DNA of 64,000 nucleotides from Octopus sinensis (lineage: Eukaryota), in contig NW_021833589.1 in the NCBI RefSeq assembly GCF_006345805.1, forward strand, positions 7,250 to 71,249. The letters are read 5' to 3'. Made by a program: the position numbers and the translations under genes. Positions within the stretch are counted from its first letter, which is position 1. Each line of letters opens with the position of its first letter. Below, in pieces: positions 37,040 to 50,877 of the stretch. Under the pieces are notes generated by a model. It saw only the letters and a list, made by a program, of their open reading frames with translations. It was not told where the DNA came from and searched no databases.

Positions 37040-39620
37040 CCTCAACTGACCGGCCTTGTTATGAGGCGCAGGCATTCCTTACCCGCTTGTCTGGTTTCCG
37101 TAGAAATAAAGTCATTCCGTCTCGGATCCCTAAATCAGCCAGGATTCAAGTGACCAAATCTTTGGCTCTTGCAATCGAGCGATCTCTGGCCTCAAACTCG
37201 CCAGATGATTGGTACAAGCTCTTCTCTTTTGCCTCCGTTTGTCTCGGAGGCTCTCCCAGCCACAACCACGGTGGCGACCACACGTCTCTTTCGCAGAATA
37301 TTAAATCAAATTGTGAAATATTCGACAACGCTAAATTCGATATCAGCGCCATTTCTCCTCAGTCCGTAAAAAAGCACCGTCGTCCAAACGTATCCATTCA
37401 AGACATCACTAGAATGGTTCGAGGCAAGCTCATGCAAGGCAATGTGCGCAGTGCTGTCCGTGTTATCTGCTCTAACTCATCTATTGCCCCTCCTTCGGAC
37501 AAGGTTCTTAGTCAACTACGTTCAAAACACCCTGCGGCACCGGACGATCTATCCGAAATTCCTGAGTTGGTCACTGGTTTCGTTTTTAACGCATATTCCG
37601 TCACTTCAGCAGAAGTATCTGCTGCTCGCAATTTTTTCCCCCTCAGTAGCAGTGGTGGTATTGACGGTTTGAAACCCATCCATCTCAAGGACCTTCTTTC
37701 TCCGGTAACTTCTGAGGCGGGAAGATGCCTAATGTTGGCCATCATGTGCCTATGCACAAGAATTATCTCTGGTGAGATCCCTCCTTTTGCAAGGGATTTA
37801 CTTTTCTCCGCAAATCTGACGGCTCTAAACAAATGTGATGGTGGAATACGACCCATTGCTGTTGGGAATGTCTTTAGACGCCTGGCGGCTAAAATTATTT
37901 GCCGTTCGGTAGTCTGTGAAGCAAGTGAACTTTTAATGCCGATCCAACTGGGCGTAGGTGTGAAAGGTGCTTGTAAAGCAGCCGCCCATGGTATACGGCA
38001 GCTGGATTTCTCCGAAAATAATGGAGTCCCTTTTCTCCTTAAACTGGATGTCATGAATACATTCAATTCTATCCGTCGAGATCATATTTTAGAATCTGTT
38101 CGTAATCGTTTTCCCTCATTATATCCCATCGTACATCTATCATATGCCTCCCCAAGTTGTCTCCTATTTGCTGACAACGTTATTATGTCTGAATCGGGGA
38201 TCCAACAGGGTGACCCATTGGGGCCTCTTCTGTTCTCCCTAGGAGTACATCATATTGCGTCTCAATTATCTTCCAAAGTCAATCTTTGGTATCTTGATGG
38301 CGTCACACTTGGTGGAGATTTGGAGGTCGTGAAAAATGATGTCACAAGAATTATTTCTGGATTTGCTTCTATCAGACTCGTTCTCAACGGATCTAAATCT
38401 GAACTAATCCACCTGTCTGCAAATCCACTCGAATTTAAATTTATCTTCTCAACTTTAGCTCATTGTATTGAGCATCACCGCTTTTGACGAACTTATTATC
38501 CTCGGATCACCAATCAGTGGTAAGGGTACTAAGAAGGCTCTGGCTAAAAAGGAAGAGGAAATAGAAATCCTCATTTCGCGTATCTGTAAACTTGAATCAC
38601 ACCTGGGGCTTTTTCTACTCAAGAACTATCTCTTTATTCCGAAACTTACTTTTCTCATGCGCTCTACGCCGTGCTTCCGAAAACAAGAATACTTATCTCG
38701 CCTGGATAATCTGGTTTCCAAAGCTCTTGGGCTACTGGTGAACACAAAATTCAAATTTGATGATATGGTGCGTGCCAATTTGCCCATCCGTTATGGGGGA
38801 ATCGGTATTCGCTCTTGCCCTCGGGGGCTTAAAGTCCCGGACATTCTGTCAGCTCAAAAGAACTGGGACAACATATATATTGTTCTCACATAAAGATATC
38901 CAGTCACACGCCGATCAGTTTCAGTTGGCAAGCATTAATTGTGCCTGTCAACCGCATTCGGTCGATTGGCTGAATGCGTTACCGATCTCGTCAGCGGGCA
39001 TGTTCCTAAACAACGAATCAGTCCGCATCGGAATCTGTTTACGGCTTGGCATAGAGATTTGCCAGCCGCACCATTGCAGATGTGGACAACTCATTGACAG
39101 GAGAGGTTTACACCCTCTCTCTTGTCGCCTTAGTGCCAGCAGGATCCCCAGGCACGCCTCATTGAACGACGTTGTAAAGCGCGCGCTTAACGCCGCTGGA
39201 TTCCCCTCGATGTTAGAACCGATAGGACTAGACCGTAGGGACGGAAAACGCCCTGACGGGTCGACTTTATTCCCGTTTAGGGAGGGAATGGCACTCGTGT
39301 GGGATGTTACCTGCGTAGATTCATTTTCCTCATCATCGTTGGTTACTCCGCTTCTCGTCCTGGATCTGCATCTGCCCTTGCCGAATCTAGGAAAACTGCA
39401 AAATATGGCTCTTTTACCGATACCTGCTGCTTGATTCCTCTGGTTTTCGAGACCAGTGGGATAATTGACCCAAAGCCCTCAAAATCCTCTCAGAGATTGG
39501 TTTAATCATCTCGAGGAGGAGTCACAACAGTTGTGAAACAAGCTGGCTTTTTCAGCGGATATCGTTCGCGATATTACGTGGAAATTGCCTGTCCATCCGC
39601 TCGGCGACTCATCTAAATTA
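37040..39620 (+). mobile_element. CRE-like retrotransposon, near full RT-RLE, frameshifted
   Basis: GGIRPIAVGNVFRRL, GIQQGDPLGPLLF, YLDG, CRCG..HPLSC, KRPDG..WDVTCVD. Confidence 0.9.
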
Positions 39621-39718
39621 GTTAACTTCTCTATTGTCTGCAAGTTTTAAATGTTTTTTTGACAAATTGAGTGCTTTTATTTGTGATATTTTATTTATGT
39701 AAACCAAAAGAGAAATAG

Positions 39719-40650
39719 TCATTGGCAGATAGCCAGAGTATTGCCTCTGACTATTGCTATAGATATTCTTTCGATTAAATACCGGTGCTCACACGGATCG
39801 CCGGTAACCCTTCCGATTAATGAGGCAATGCGCTGGAGTAGGGTCCGAGTAGAAGGCCCCTGTATTCCTGACGTCTCAACAGCCAGGGGGACAAACACTC
39901 TCCCATTCCCAATTCCAGCGTATTTCTCAGCTTTTCTCTTCTCTGCCCGTTCAGACGGGGCTCCAGGATTCTCGATGCATAATTTGATGTTCTGATTGGA
40001 AAAGGAGTTCACACACGTGACGTCCCAAACCAGACACTTTCCCCTCTGGAATGGAAATGTGGTCATCCCATCGGGTCTTCTGCCGTCCTCTACGAAAATC
40101 CCTGCAGGTTCCAATGTGTGTGGAATCCAGCAGTTCGAAGAGATCGACAGATGATCTGGTTCAGTTCGGAATGCCGTGAGGAACGTCCAATTCCGTTTCG
40201 ACATGAGAGGGAGTGATATCCAAACTCGTCAGTTTACATGCCGCACCGGCATTGGTGTTTTTCATAGACGCGTAGACCGAGGCGCAGACAAACTCCAATT
40301 CTTACGGCTTCATCATTAAGAAGGCAGCCAGTTGTATTACAAGGGTAACAGTTTAGCCACGCGCCGCTTAGGGGCTGGCTGCCCGCTTGTAAACAAGCCA
40401 ACCTTCTCTGGTCCATGGTTTCCTTTAGGCATGAAAACGTATTGGCGTGGACTTTCGACGTCCACTCCGATTGGCAGGTCACATCAGATGGCAATGGCAA
40501 TCCCAGCTTTTCCCATACGGCGACGCAATCATCCACAGCAAATGATTTCCTCTGTTCGTTTATTTGAGAAAGAACAGTGTCGATCATATCTCTGGACGAG
40601 AGTACTGAGGAAAAATATGCGCCGTGCGCTGAATCTGCCGGGGTGATCAA
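39719..40650 (-). mobile_element. CRE-like 3' fragment with internal deletion
   Basis: SGAWLNCYP..RLGL..CRCG; GRRPDG..WDVTCVN..ERISIAIVRGN. Confidence 0.85.
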
Positions 40651-41954
40651 GCCGATCCCTCCTTTTATTTTAAAAAAAATAAAAATATATTTATGTATTC
40701 AATTACTTAAAAAATTATTTTTTAATTTTGGTAAACATAAAGTTTTTTTTTTTTACTTTCTTTTAATTGCTGTCTATAGGTATGTAAAAAATTCTTCAGA
40801 GTATCGAATTTCTAAAGATGCTTTGCAAAATAAATTTCTGGAAAATTTTTCTAGCCTAGCTAAATGAGCGGCGCGCTACGCATGGGCAGCCTGTTACATT
40901 TTTTGACCTTGCAAATGTCTTGATTATTCGACATTAAATTTTGTATATCTGATTTTTATCGTGATCTATTAGATTAGTTTTTATTTATAAATGTTGATTA
41001 TAAAGATTTTATTTTTTTATAAGGCAAACATTAATTTATAGCGTGATATTTACGATTAAAGATTGTTTTGTTGCAATGGCTTCTTACAAGGGTTTTGTAA
41101 AAGAATCCGTTGAATGTCAAATTTTAAAAGATGCTTTACATAACAAATTTAAGAAGATGGAGAATTTCGTCATTATCAATGGCAAGTATTGTAAATTTGC
41201 AATAAATTTACAGACTTTATCTTATCCTCAACAATGAAAACGGAATGGAGTTTGTGGTGAAATTATTATTTCTCACGGAGGAGTAAATAAAATTGAATAG
41301 GTGACAAGATATTCCACTGTCAAGAATGAGATTATCAGAAAAGTCATTCGAAATTGTGAAATTTGCAAATTTTTGCGTTCTTTAAAAGTTTGAAATTTTT
41401 TTTAATTGTAGATTTGAGATATAAATCACTATGTGCTCGTTTCATGTCCAAATGAACGCTTTCAAATAGATATAATAGATCTGAAAAGATTTTCAACACT
41501 AAACGACAATTTAAAATGAATTTTAACGGTCGTTGACATTTATTGTAGGTTGGTTTTTTAATTTTTTTATAGATTTGCATTTGCAAGACCACTCTATAAT
41601 AAGTCTGGTAAAGAAGTGTGTAAAAACTTAAGATTTTTGTTTCGCCTAAATGGACCGTGCAAACTTCCTCAATCGACAATGGGTCGGAATTAAAAATCAA
41701 GAAATAATACAACTATGCGTTGATTTTAACAAATCCACGGAAGGCCTATTAATCCTCGGGCTCAAGGAATTGTCTAAAGATTTAATTAAACGATAACCAG
41801 GAAGTTGTTAAAAATGGTGGATAACATTAAAAAAGTGGGTTGATAAGTTAGAAAATGCTGTCTACCGTTATAACTAGGGCAACCAAAAGTCATTAAAGTC
41901 ATATCAAAAAAGAATTGTTTTTTTAATTTAATAAACAACTACTGTTTACCCTCA

Positions 41955-43039
41955 GAAGCGCACCATGCTTTGCCAATCCCGAGAGTCTTTCCAGATTCGA
42001 CCATGCCCTTAGGACTTGCCTCGAATCAATATGTAATGCACCATTCGACGATCTTGGCTGGGAACAGGCAATACTCCCTATCAGTCATGGCGGCATCGGT
42101 GTGCGCTCAGCCACTGACCTTTCTTTGCCAGCATTCCTTTCCTCCACACATGCCACGAGCACCCTTGTCCAAGAGATTCTCCAACCCTTTTCCGAATCCT
42201 CTTTGGAAACAGAGTCAGTCGCCGCAAAAAGCCGCTCGCTTGGGTTGTCTCTTGAGCTTCCTCAGAATCCGCACGCACAGGCCGAATGGGACAGGATCCT
42301 CTGCGACCAGAAGCTAAACAAGCCCAAGCTTAACCAACATCGCTTGGCTTGCTTACTGGCTGCCTCACAACCATATTCGGGGGCTTGGTTGACCGCTATC
42401 CCAATGGGTTCTATTGGAACCTTATTGGACGATGATTGCCTGAGGATCGGCATATCACTGCGCCTAGGTCTGAACGTATGCCGGGAACACCGGTGTCGCT
42501 GTGGATCGACCGTTGACCCCTTCGGATTGCACCCGTTATCGTGCCAAAGAAGTTCCGGACGCTTCCCTCGACATACGGCTCTGAACGACATAGTCAAGCG
42601 GACCCTGGGAACTGCCGGATTCCCTTCACAGCTGGAACCGGTCGGGCTGGCTCGGGAGGATGGTAAACGTCCTGATGGTCTAACGACCTTCCCATTTGAA
42701 AACGGCAAGTCTCTCATCTGGGACGCCACTTACACGGATACCTTCTCCGCCGGGAACATCTTGTCGTCGGCTTCAGAGCCGGGCTCCGCAGCCAACCTGG
42801 CCGAAACGCTAAAAATCAAGAAATACAGTGCATTATCTCACCGCCACATCTTTGCCCCGATCGCAGTGGAGACATCGGGAGTCCTCGGCCCCAGAACTAA
42901 AAAATTCCTTATTAAACTGGGGGATTTGGCAAGCAGAAGAAGAAATGATCATCGGGAACGGACATGGCTTTTCCAACGCATATCAATAGCCATCTTGCGT
43001 GGGAATTGCCATTCCATCCTATCCTCTGCTGCTAATTAA
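41955..43039 (+). mobile_element. CRE-like 3' fragment (intact RLE)
   Basis: SGAWLTAIP, CRCGSTVDPFGLHPLSC, KRPDG, FQRISIAILRGNC. Confidence 0.9.
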
Positions 43040-43249
43040 ATATACATAATTATCATAAATTGATTCACCTTATTACTAAAAATCATAAACAAATTATATT
43101 TTTATTTACTTTCGATGTAGTCTTATAGGTCATTAATGTCATGTTTTTTTCATAAAGTCATATGTTTAAATTTATAAATTAATAATTACGCACGCTTAAA
43201 TATATTTGTTGTGATGGCTAAACCTAAAAAATCAAATAAAAAGAAAATA

Positions 43250-44185
43250 CAGTCAAACCCCGTTTACTCGCCAAATTTGGGACCAAGCAAAAAATGGCGA
43301 GTAACTGAATTTGGCTTGTAACTGAATAATCAATATCAAATTTTAATTAAATTTTATATTCACAAAATTAAAAATAATTAAAGTAAATAATAAAAATATC
43401 ATTATTTCAGGCATAGGTCAATAATTAAAAGAATTTTTCTTTTTTTTTTAATTCAATATCCCAATGATAAAGCCATTAATTAAGAATTTTTTTAGTCATC
43501 CATGCTTTTGAGGAATGACAGTATTTTAAATATTTCTCAATTTTAATGTTTTTAAAACATCTTTCTCAAGCATGATTATTAAAGTTTCAACCGATCTTTA
43601 AGGATTTTATTTCCAAGTCGAGTTTTTGAGCAAATGCTTTTTGAAGGAACATTTTTATAAAAAAACACCAGTTTCGTCACCATTGTAAACATTTTCACGA
43701 TCATATTGTTGTAATTTCGTAGATAAAATTATTTGAAAATTTTCAATTTGCTGATTTAGATTTTCAGTTATTGAGCCAGATTCTCCATGGAATAATCTTA
43801 ATTTTAAATTGTTTCTCTGTTTGAATCTGGAAAGCCATCCATTGCTTCCCATAAAATCAGTTATTTCATGTAATCTTGTAATACTTTTTGCTTTTAATAA
43901 AATTGCATTGTCATCAAGAAATCCTCCAGCCAATTCTATTTTCTCGAGCCAAGATACAACTTCCGATTCTAGTGCAGGGAATTTTCCGCAAGATAAACGA
44001 CTTTTTCCCAAAAAATTAGATTAATAGAGGCTATTTCGCTTTTATTTATTTTTAGAAAATAGTGGCGAGTAACTGAAACTGGCGAGTAACTGAATTCTTC
44101 TTATAAAAATTGATATTTCGTCAAAAAAGTGGCGACTAACTGAGGTGGCGAGTAAGTGGGGTGGCGAGTAACCGGGGTTTGACTG
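43250..44185 (-). mobile_element. Internally deleted Tigger/pogo transposon
   Basis: TA|CAGTCAAACCCC...GGGGTTTGACTG|TA; CENP-B-like HTH with F.GSNGWLSRFKQR..HGESGS..VYNGDETG. Confidence 0.9.
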
Positions 44186-45099
44186 TATATAATATGTCAC
44201 CGGTTTTATAGCCCACCGGGTTGGATAACCCACCATCGAAAAAATTAACAAAAAATATAAATATAATCTAAAAATCATCTAAAAATATAATTAACTTGAT
44301 TTTCTTCTTTTTTATTAGTTTTTATATTTCTGCGTGCTACATAAATCACACATAATTCATTTGAAGCTTTACATTTTTAAAATAAATAAAATTTAATTTA
44401 TTTAATGGGAGTCAACAAAAAATAAGAATTAATTCATTTGAAAAAAATCAAAATTTTCATCAAATCTTTTTCAATCTACTTAGATGCACGTTTGATGCTG
44501 TTTCTCCATTATCTTTAATAATAGTACACGTAGTTTCAAATTTTTCTGAAACTGTACTTATTTATATTTAGTTCGTCATATAATGGGTATCTACGGCTAC
44601 CAGGTTATCATCCCTGTCGTCTTTCAACAGCACTGTATCTCCAATTTAAATGTCTTCGGCGTCATATTTCTACTTACAACGTTTTTTCATTTTCTCTCCA
44701 GCTTTAACAAGGTTTTCATGTACTTGTTTCTCAGTATTTTTATCGTCATTCTCAAAATAATTTGAATTTGACTCATCATTTAGTTCTGCATTTATAATTA
44801 ACAAATTTCCTAGCGAATTCTAATAGGATGATCACGGGAGACTTTATTATTTAAAATGTTGTGTTCCTGTTAAATATGGAAAAAGTTTCAACATTGAACA
44901 ACATCGCCAGACGTTGAAACACAAAAAGAGATTAGAATCAGGAAAATTTAATGTCTAAATGAAGTTGATTTCTAAAGATGTGGTTTCCGAAGAATCTTTC
45001 GCAATTAGTTTGGTCGAAATGATGACAAAAACAAATATTCCGATGTTCAAATTAAGGGATGTCCATTTTCAAACTTTTTTTGAAATTTTGGGATTTTAA

Positions 45100-45900
45100 C
45101 TGCCTAGTGAGACACATTCCAAAATCTTGTTTCCACTATTTCTGTGAAACAGGTTGAAAAACTAAAATATGTGAACATTATTGCAGGGAAGATTGACAAC
45201 CCAACCAATATTTATTTAATTGACTGTATTTGTGTTGAGACGTGTAATGCAAGTTCAATTTGTCAAACAATTGATGATTGCTTACGAAATTAACAAGTTG
45301 AGAGAAAAAACTTTGTTTTGTTGTTAACTGATGCTGCACCGTAGATGATCTCAGCCGCAACTAGCATACGTATATTTTATCCGAATATGATTCACATTAC
45401 TTGTTTTGCTCATTTACTTCATAATTGGGCACTAAAAGTGCGTTCTCAGTATCAAGCCATCGATTTCTTAATATCATCGATGAAGATCGTGACGCTTAAA
45501 AATAAAAGTCGTCAAAAGCATTTTTTCTGAATTTGGTCTACCTCCAGATGTTGTTGTCACAAGATGGGGCAGCTGGCTTAATGCTGGAACATATTATTCA
45601 AAAAATTTGAACAAAATCCGAAAGATAGTTTCCTCGTTATCGAATAATGGAAAAAATTGTTTTGAATGCAAAGAAGGCGATAAATTTTGATTCACTGGAG
45701 CGGAACCTAGCAAACATAGCATTTTACAACTGTCTAAGCGAATGAATAAAGAAATGTGAAGATACTTTTTATACTGTTAAAGATGCTATTCAAAGTATTA
45801 ATTCTATCGACTTTGGGGAAGATCCATGTGAGATTGCACAATATTTAAAAAAAGAACAAATTCAATGCCATGGAATAGTATTCAAGAAGCTAATTTTAGA
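45100..45900 (+). mobile_element. Degraded hAT-like transposase
   Basis: LLTDAAP, HITCFAHLLHN, PPDVVVTRWGSWL. Confidence 0.7.
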
Positions 45901-46299
45901 GATTTCCCTCCTGAATTATTCGTGTATTTATGGAAATGCTTGCACAACATGGCAAACCCAGCACAAACAGTCACAACTAACTAATCAAATGAAGGAGCAA
46001 GGAACGAAGGGATTGCTTGTGCCGATCAACATTAGCCTCCAAATCTTCATTACAGCCATCCGTCTCCAAAGAGAGGTGGGGAATTTCTGGTATGCCCAGT
46101 TCCCATTTGTCAGCCTCCTACCGTAGCTCACCGCACTTCATTTGAATCCGGACGGGTTTTTCGCATAATGGAGATTCTTCATCGGTAATGTGATCAGGGG
46201 AAGGTAGGAGGTCCCCTTTCGACATCTGTGTCGTGCCAGATGGACTCGTCGCCTCACGGGTGGGAAACGTTGACAAGATTTGACCCCGGCTGAAAACTT

Positions 46300-46720
46300 G
46301 GTTCCATCGGATTTGAACCCACGACGTTTGAATTCCAAAATTCATAGTCTTCAGCCACTGGGGCTTGTTATACCGAACGGTAAAATCAGTCTCGATTCGA
46401 GTGTCCACCCGTATCTCAACTCTTTCATTCGATATTACCTCCTGCATCGAGTGTGTCTTCAACCTTTTCTGATTCTTCAATCCATAAAGACGACAAAAAT
46501 GGAGATGCAAACAGCGCACAACTTCATTATGACGTCTCGTGTAGTCAAGATACAGCATACGTTCACATCTAGTGGCCAGATGATCCACTGTTTTCTTCGC
46601 CGCTTTACAATGAGGTCACCTTGAGACCAGTTCTTCGCTGGAAAAGAAAGTGGAATCACCAGGATGTCTCCACAACGATAGGGATGAAACGATACCGTTG
46701 TCCAAGATTTGCGTATTTGG
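46300..46720 (-). mobile_element. R4/NeSL-like RLE LINE C-terminal fragment
   Basis: DHLATRC..Y.RRHNEVVRCLH..DTRIETD..YNKP. Confidence 0.65.
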
Positions 46721-46752
46721 CAATTTTTTTATATCTGAGAGGGGGGTCTGAA

Positions 46753-47102
46753 GCTACCATAATAAAAGAAGAAACTAGAACTGCATATTTTATATGATAA
46801 AATCCTCTAATCCAGGGATATCAAACATGCGGCCCGCGAGCCTTATGTGGAAATGAAAGACCAAAACACAAACAAGATACAAATCGAATATTGGATTCAA
46901 AATTTGTTGGGGGTTAAAATACCTGCTTTCTTAACTCATCTTCCTAAAAAATTAAAAACTTTAGAAATTTAGATTTCCTTATTTTTTATTTTCCAATAAA
47001 ATAAATAATCTTTCCTGTGTGAAAAATTATTATAAATGCAGCCCCTTAAAGGAAATTCTTTTACAGTGCGGCCTTTGAAGCGAAATGAGTTAGACACCCC
47101 TA
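46753..47102. mobile_element. hAT MITE (degenerate)
   Basis: CAGGGATATCAAAC...GTTAGACACCCCTA; imperfect 8-bp flanks CTCTAATC and CTTAAATC. Confidence 0.6.
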
Positions 47103-47143
47103 CTTAAATCCCATGAACATAACTAATTTGCATCAAAGAGTAT

Positions 47144-48486
47144 TATTATTATCGGCAACTGCCGTAGAAACATAATATGTCGCGACCCACGCTGGCGACC
47201 ATCCCACGCTGGCGACCATCAGTTTGACAGGTTATGACCTTCAGTTGACAGGTGATTCAAACCGGAAAAAATTCATTTTAAGAAATGGTTTAGCGTCATT
47301 TTACAAAAAAAAATGGTTTCTCTCAAAAGATGTTAGCATGAAAAAAGCGACTCAATTAATCATTATTAATGATCGGTATATTTGCGACTCCTAACTCATA
47401 GTCTTTATCTAAAGGACGAGAATAACCAAAAACACAAATTGGTCATTTGTCTGGACAATGAAATGGAGATGAGGACACTAGCATTCGCCATTAACAAGAA
47501 TCCCAATGGGGAATACGAAAGCTTCAGAAAAAGTGCAGTGAATTCTATTTCACTGTAAAACGTCCAATCATCGAACAAATTATAAAAGACTGCGAAATTT
47601 GTAAATTTGTCCTACCATTGAAAGTATTTAAAAAAAATACCTAGGTGTCGGATTCTAATTACCATGTAACTGCAGGAAAACCCAATGAAAGATTTCAGGC
47701 GGATCTTATTGTTGTTAGAAGATATAAAGATTTTAACGATGGATCTAATTGGATACTGACAATTATTGACATCTACAGCAAATTTGTTGTCTGCAAATCT
47801 TTAAAAAATAAAACTGCTTCTGGTAAGACTTGAAATTTAATTGAAGAAGTGGTGAATAAATTCCACCTGTCAATCTTGTCAACAATGAAGGTCGCTCAGG
47901 TCGCCAGCGTGGGATGGTCGCCAGCGTGGGTCGCGACATAATAGTTATATTTCCACACGTGCGGCACTTGAAACGATTTTCTTGATAATCCTTGTCCAAC
48001 CTCCCCTGTTGCATGCTAAGTTTCTCATTGCGTTTAGATCATCCCCATTTTTAAGCTTGCGGTTGATTGATTTGAGGTCAGCATCCAGCACCTCCGGTAG
48101 AGTAATGCGCGGGCGTCCCCAAAATTTTTTTCCACTAGCGGCAAAATATTCTTCCATAGCCAAATTTGCGGGTGAAGGATTGGGTGGCTAACAGGCCGGT
48201 AACGATTGCGCTTCGTTTGCGCCTCTACAATGCATTTGTGAAACCGGTCTTGCTATACAACTCCTCCTGTTGGGGGATCTCTGCTTCCGAAATTAAAAAC
48301 CTTAACTCCTTCCACCAAAGACAACTGCGTATATTATGTGGGGTACAATGGTCGACCCGGATCAACAACGGGGCACTTTACCGTAAATGCTCAGTGCAAC
48401 CTGTGATTCTGGATGTGATGGAAGCCCGATGGAGACTGTTCGGACATGTCCTACGGATGGACCAGACGTCACCCGCAAATTTGGGT
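47144..48486 (-). mobile_element. RTE-like LINE with inverted 5' segment, (TAA)n tail and 12-bp TSD
   Basis: TSD ATCAAAGAGTAT at 47132-47143 and 48487-48498. Minus-strand SPANLAMEEYF..GRPRITL; plus-strand segment ~48180-48486 LYNAFVKPVLLY..LFGHVLRMD..SPANL. Confidence 0.85.
47178..47938 (+). mobile_element. Ginger2-like DNA transposon (TG..CA TIRs, 5-bp TSD TAATA), integrase remnant
   Basis: TGTCGCGACCCACGCTGGCGACCATCC...GGATGGTCGCCAGCGTGGGTCGCGACA; PNERFQADL..WILTIIDIYSKF. Confidence 0.8.
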
Positions 48487-49007
48487 ATCAAAGAGTATGA
48501 AGGATTAAATGAACTTATTTATAAATTATAAATATATTCTTATATAAATTTTAATATAATTTTATATTTTAAATTATTATTTGATTACACGTGCCCAGTG
48601 CTTTTTGTTGGAATTGTCCTATTATTTAGTCGCACTTTATTTTTTATGTAAATGGATTCACAAGGAATAATTTGTGATGTAATTTCATTTAATGATTAAA
48701 TTATCTGAAAATTCATCATTTCGTGATATATTTAGAGTTTATTCCTATAATCTGTTTTTTTACATATTTTAAAATTTCTCAAAACTGTTATTTTATTTGC
48801 CATCCTTTTTTATTCAATTTATATTCTCAATATTACACTGTGAAGATTGTTTTAGTTCATAGTAATTTTGATATTTTATGTTTGTGTTTTTTGTATAAAA
48901 TTATGTATCAGCTCAAATTAGCATTATATTGTGAAATTTGAATTTTTTAACCTTAAAAATTGAAAAATTTAACCTTAAAAATAAGAAACAATAAAATACT
49001 TTAAAGA

Positions 49008-49700
49008 CTATTTATTGAAAATGGACATAACATAATTTTCCAAATTTTGTGTAGCAAAGTTTCTGTTTGACCTCATAAAACTCCTAAATTGCGAAAAGCA
49101 TCGTTCGATAGATGCCGAGGATGGTTGACAGTTTTGAAGTAACGAATAATCTTCCGGAGAGATATTTTTATTATCCATATTAATAATTTTAGTCATATCG
49201 CTCTCTAAAATTCTCTTCTCTAAATATTTTTTGATCCCTGCTTCATCCTTCCCGAAGTCAAGTGTACTTAACGTCGAATATGCAAATTCTATTGTACATT
49301 CGTTACTTTCAAGTTGTCATATTTTCTCTATGAGATTAATTACTATATGAAAAACCTGGAATATGTGAATAGTTATGCGAAATTGCACGTAAGCTTTTTA
49401 CTAGTTTTTTTACTTTTCAATGCATTTTTGGTGGCAGTCACTAGTATTCCTTCGTCCTCAATCAAATCAAAAATGTTAATCACTGAGATTAAATTTCTTG
49501 AATAAAAAGATGCAGCCTTTAACCAGGTGCCCCATCTCGTCAACACAACTTTCGGAGGAATTCCAATTTCGTAAAACAACAATTTTTGCTTGTGGTTCTT
49601 CCTGACAGAAGCTTGCACGCTAGCTATCTTATCATCAACTTCTGGATAAGATTTTCTGACCTCCATTGAACAATTATGCAAAATATGGGTGACGCGATTG
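49008..49700 (-). mobile_element. Degraded hAT-like transposase 3' part
   Basis: PPKVVLTRWGTWL; QPSSASIERCFSQ..NRNF. Confidence 0.7.
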
Positions 49701-49879
49701 GGATATAAATTTTTTAAAATTTTCCCGGCTAAATCATTAATTAATTAAAACAATACCGGATGTCATATACCGTGCAGCATCGGAAATGAGAAGCATAAAA
49801 TTATCCCGTTCAACCATAAGGTTTCGAATGGAATCATCAACGATCTGTGCTATGGTATTTTTTTGGAAAATTTTTTTTT

Positions 49880-50850
49880 TCTTAATTTATTTAGCTAGAA
49901 AAGAAAATGGAACAGGAAGTCAGCTACTAGCCGCAGAGAGAATAGAGAAACTGTTCCCCCTGAGTACGGCTATTGAGACGCGCTCAAAAAGCCGATTGAC
50001 CTCGCGGGGGTCGTTTCTAATCCTCCCGAGGTGAAGGCCTCTTTCGGTGAGAAAACGTAGCGTGGCTGGGCCGAATGTGCCTGATGTTTCGACTGAAACA
50101 GGCACAAAGAGGAATCTGTCGGCGAGCGAGGCGTACTTGTCTTGCTTCCGGGTCTCTGCCCTCTTCGCCGCTGTGCCAGCTTCGATCGCGGACGCGAGAA
50201 GGCATGTTGACGCAAAAGTGTCAGAGCATGTCGCGTCCCAGACGATTGCTTTGCCGCACTTGAACGGGAAGAGCGAGACGCCGTCCGGCCTCTTGCCATC
50301 GCCCCTGTTAAGGCCAGAGGGCTCCAGCTGGCACGGGATGCCGGTTGCCTCGAGCAGACGCTTTATTATGGAATTAAGCTGTCCGTGCCTGGGGAACCTC
50401 CCAGGGCATTTGCGGCAGGAGAGCGGGTGTAGACCTTTGCGGTCTATATGAGCCCCGCAACGGCATTGGTGAGGCTGGCAAATGTCTAAGCCGAGTCGGA
50501 GAGATATTCCGATTCTTAAACAGTCTGGGTCCAGGAAGGTTCCAGCTGCAGGGGAAGGATAGGCGTTGATCCAGGCGCCAGTCCGTGGAGATGCTCCAGA
50601 CAACAGACAAGCACGCCGGTGTTGGTCTCCGTGAGACAGTAAGTACCGGAAAGACTGAGAGCTGCTGATCTCCGTCCATTCGCGCATAAGGCATAGGTCA
50701 ACGGGAGTTTTTAGTCCGCAATCTGTCCACAACGATGTGCCGTATAAAAGCTCTGAGTCCGTGAGCGATCCAGAGGGAAGAGGAAGGATCTGGACTACGA
50801 GAGGCATGCATCGGTGAGAGGAAGAAAGAAAGCATGGCAAGGAGAGGACC
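49880..50850 (-). mobile_element. CRE-like 3' fragment (same subfamily as 63474-64000)
   Basis: TGAWINAYP, CRCGAHIDRKGLHPLSC, KRPDG, FERVSIAVLRGNS; near-identical to 63474-64000. Confidence 0.9.
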
Positions 50851-50877
50851 GAGGGGGCTGTTTGTTATTTTGAAAAT

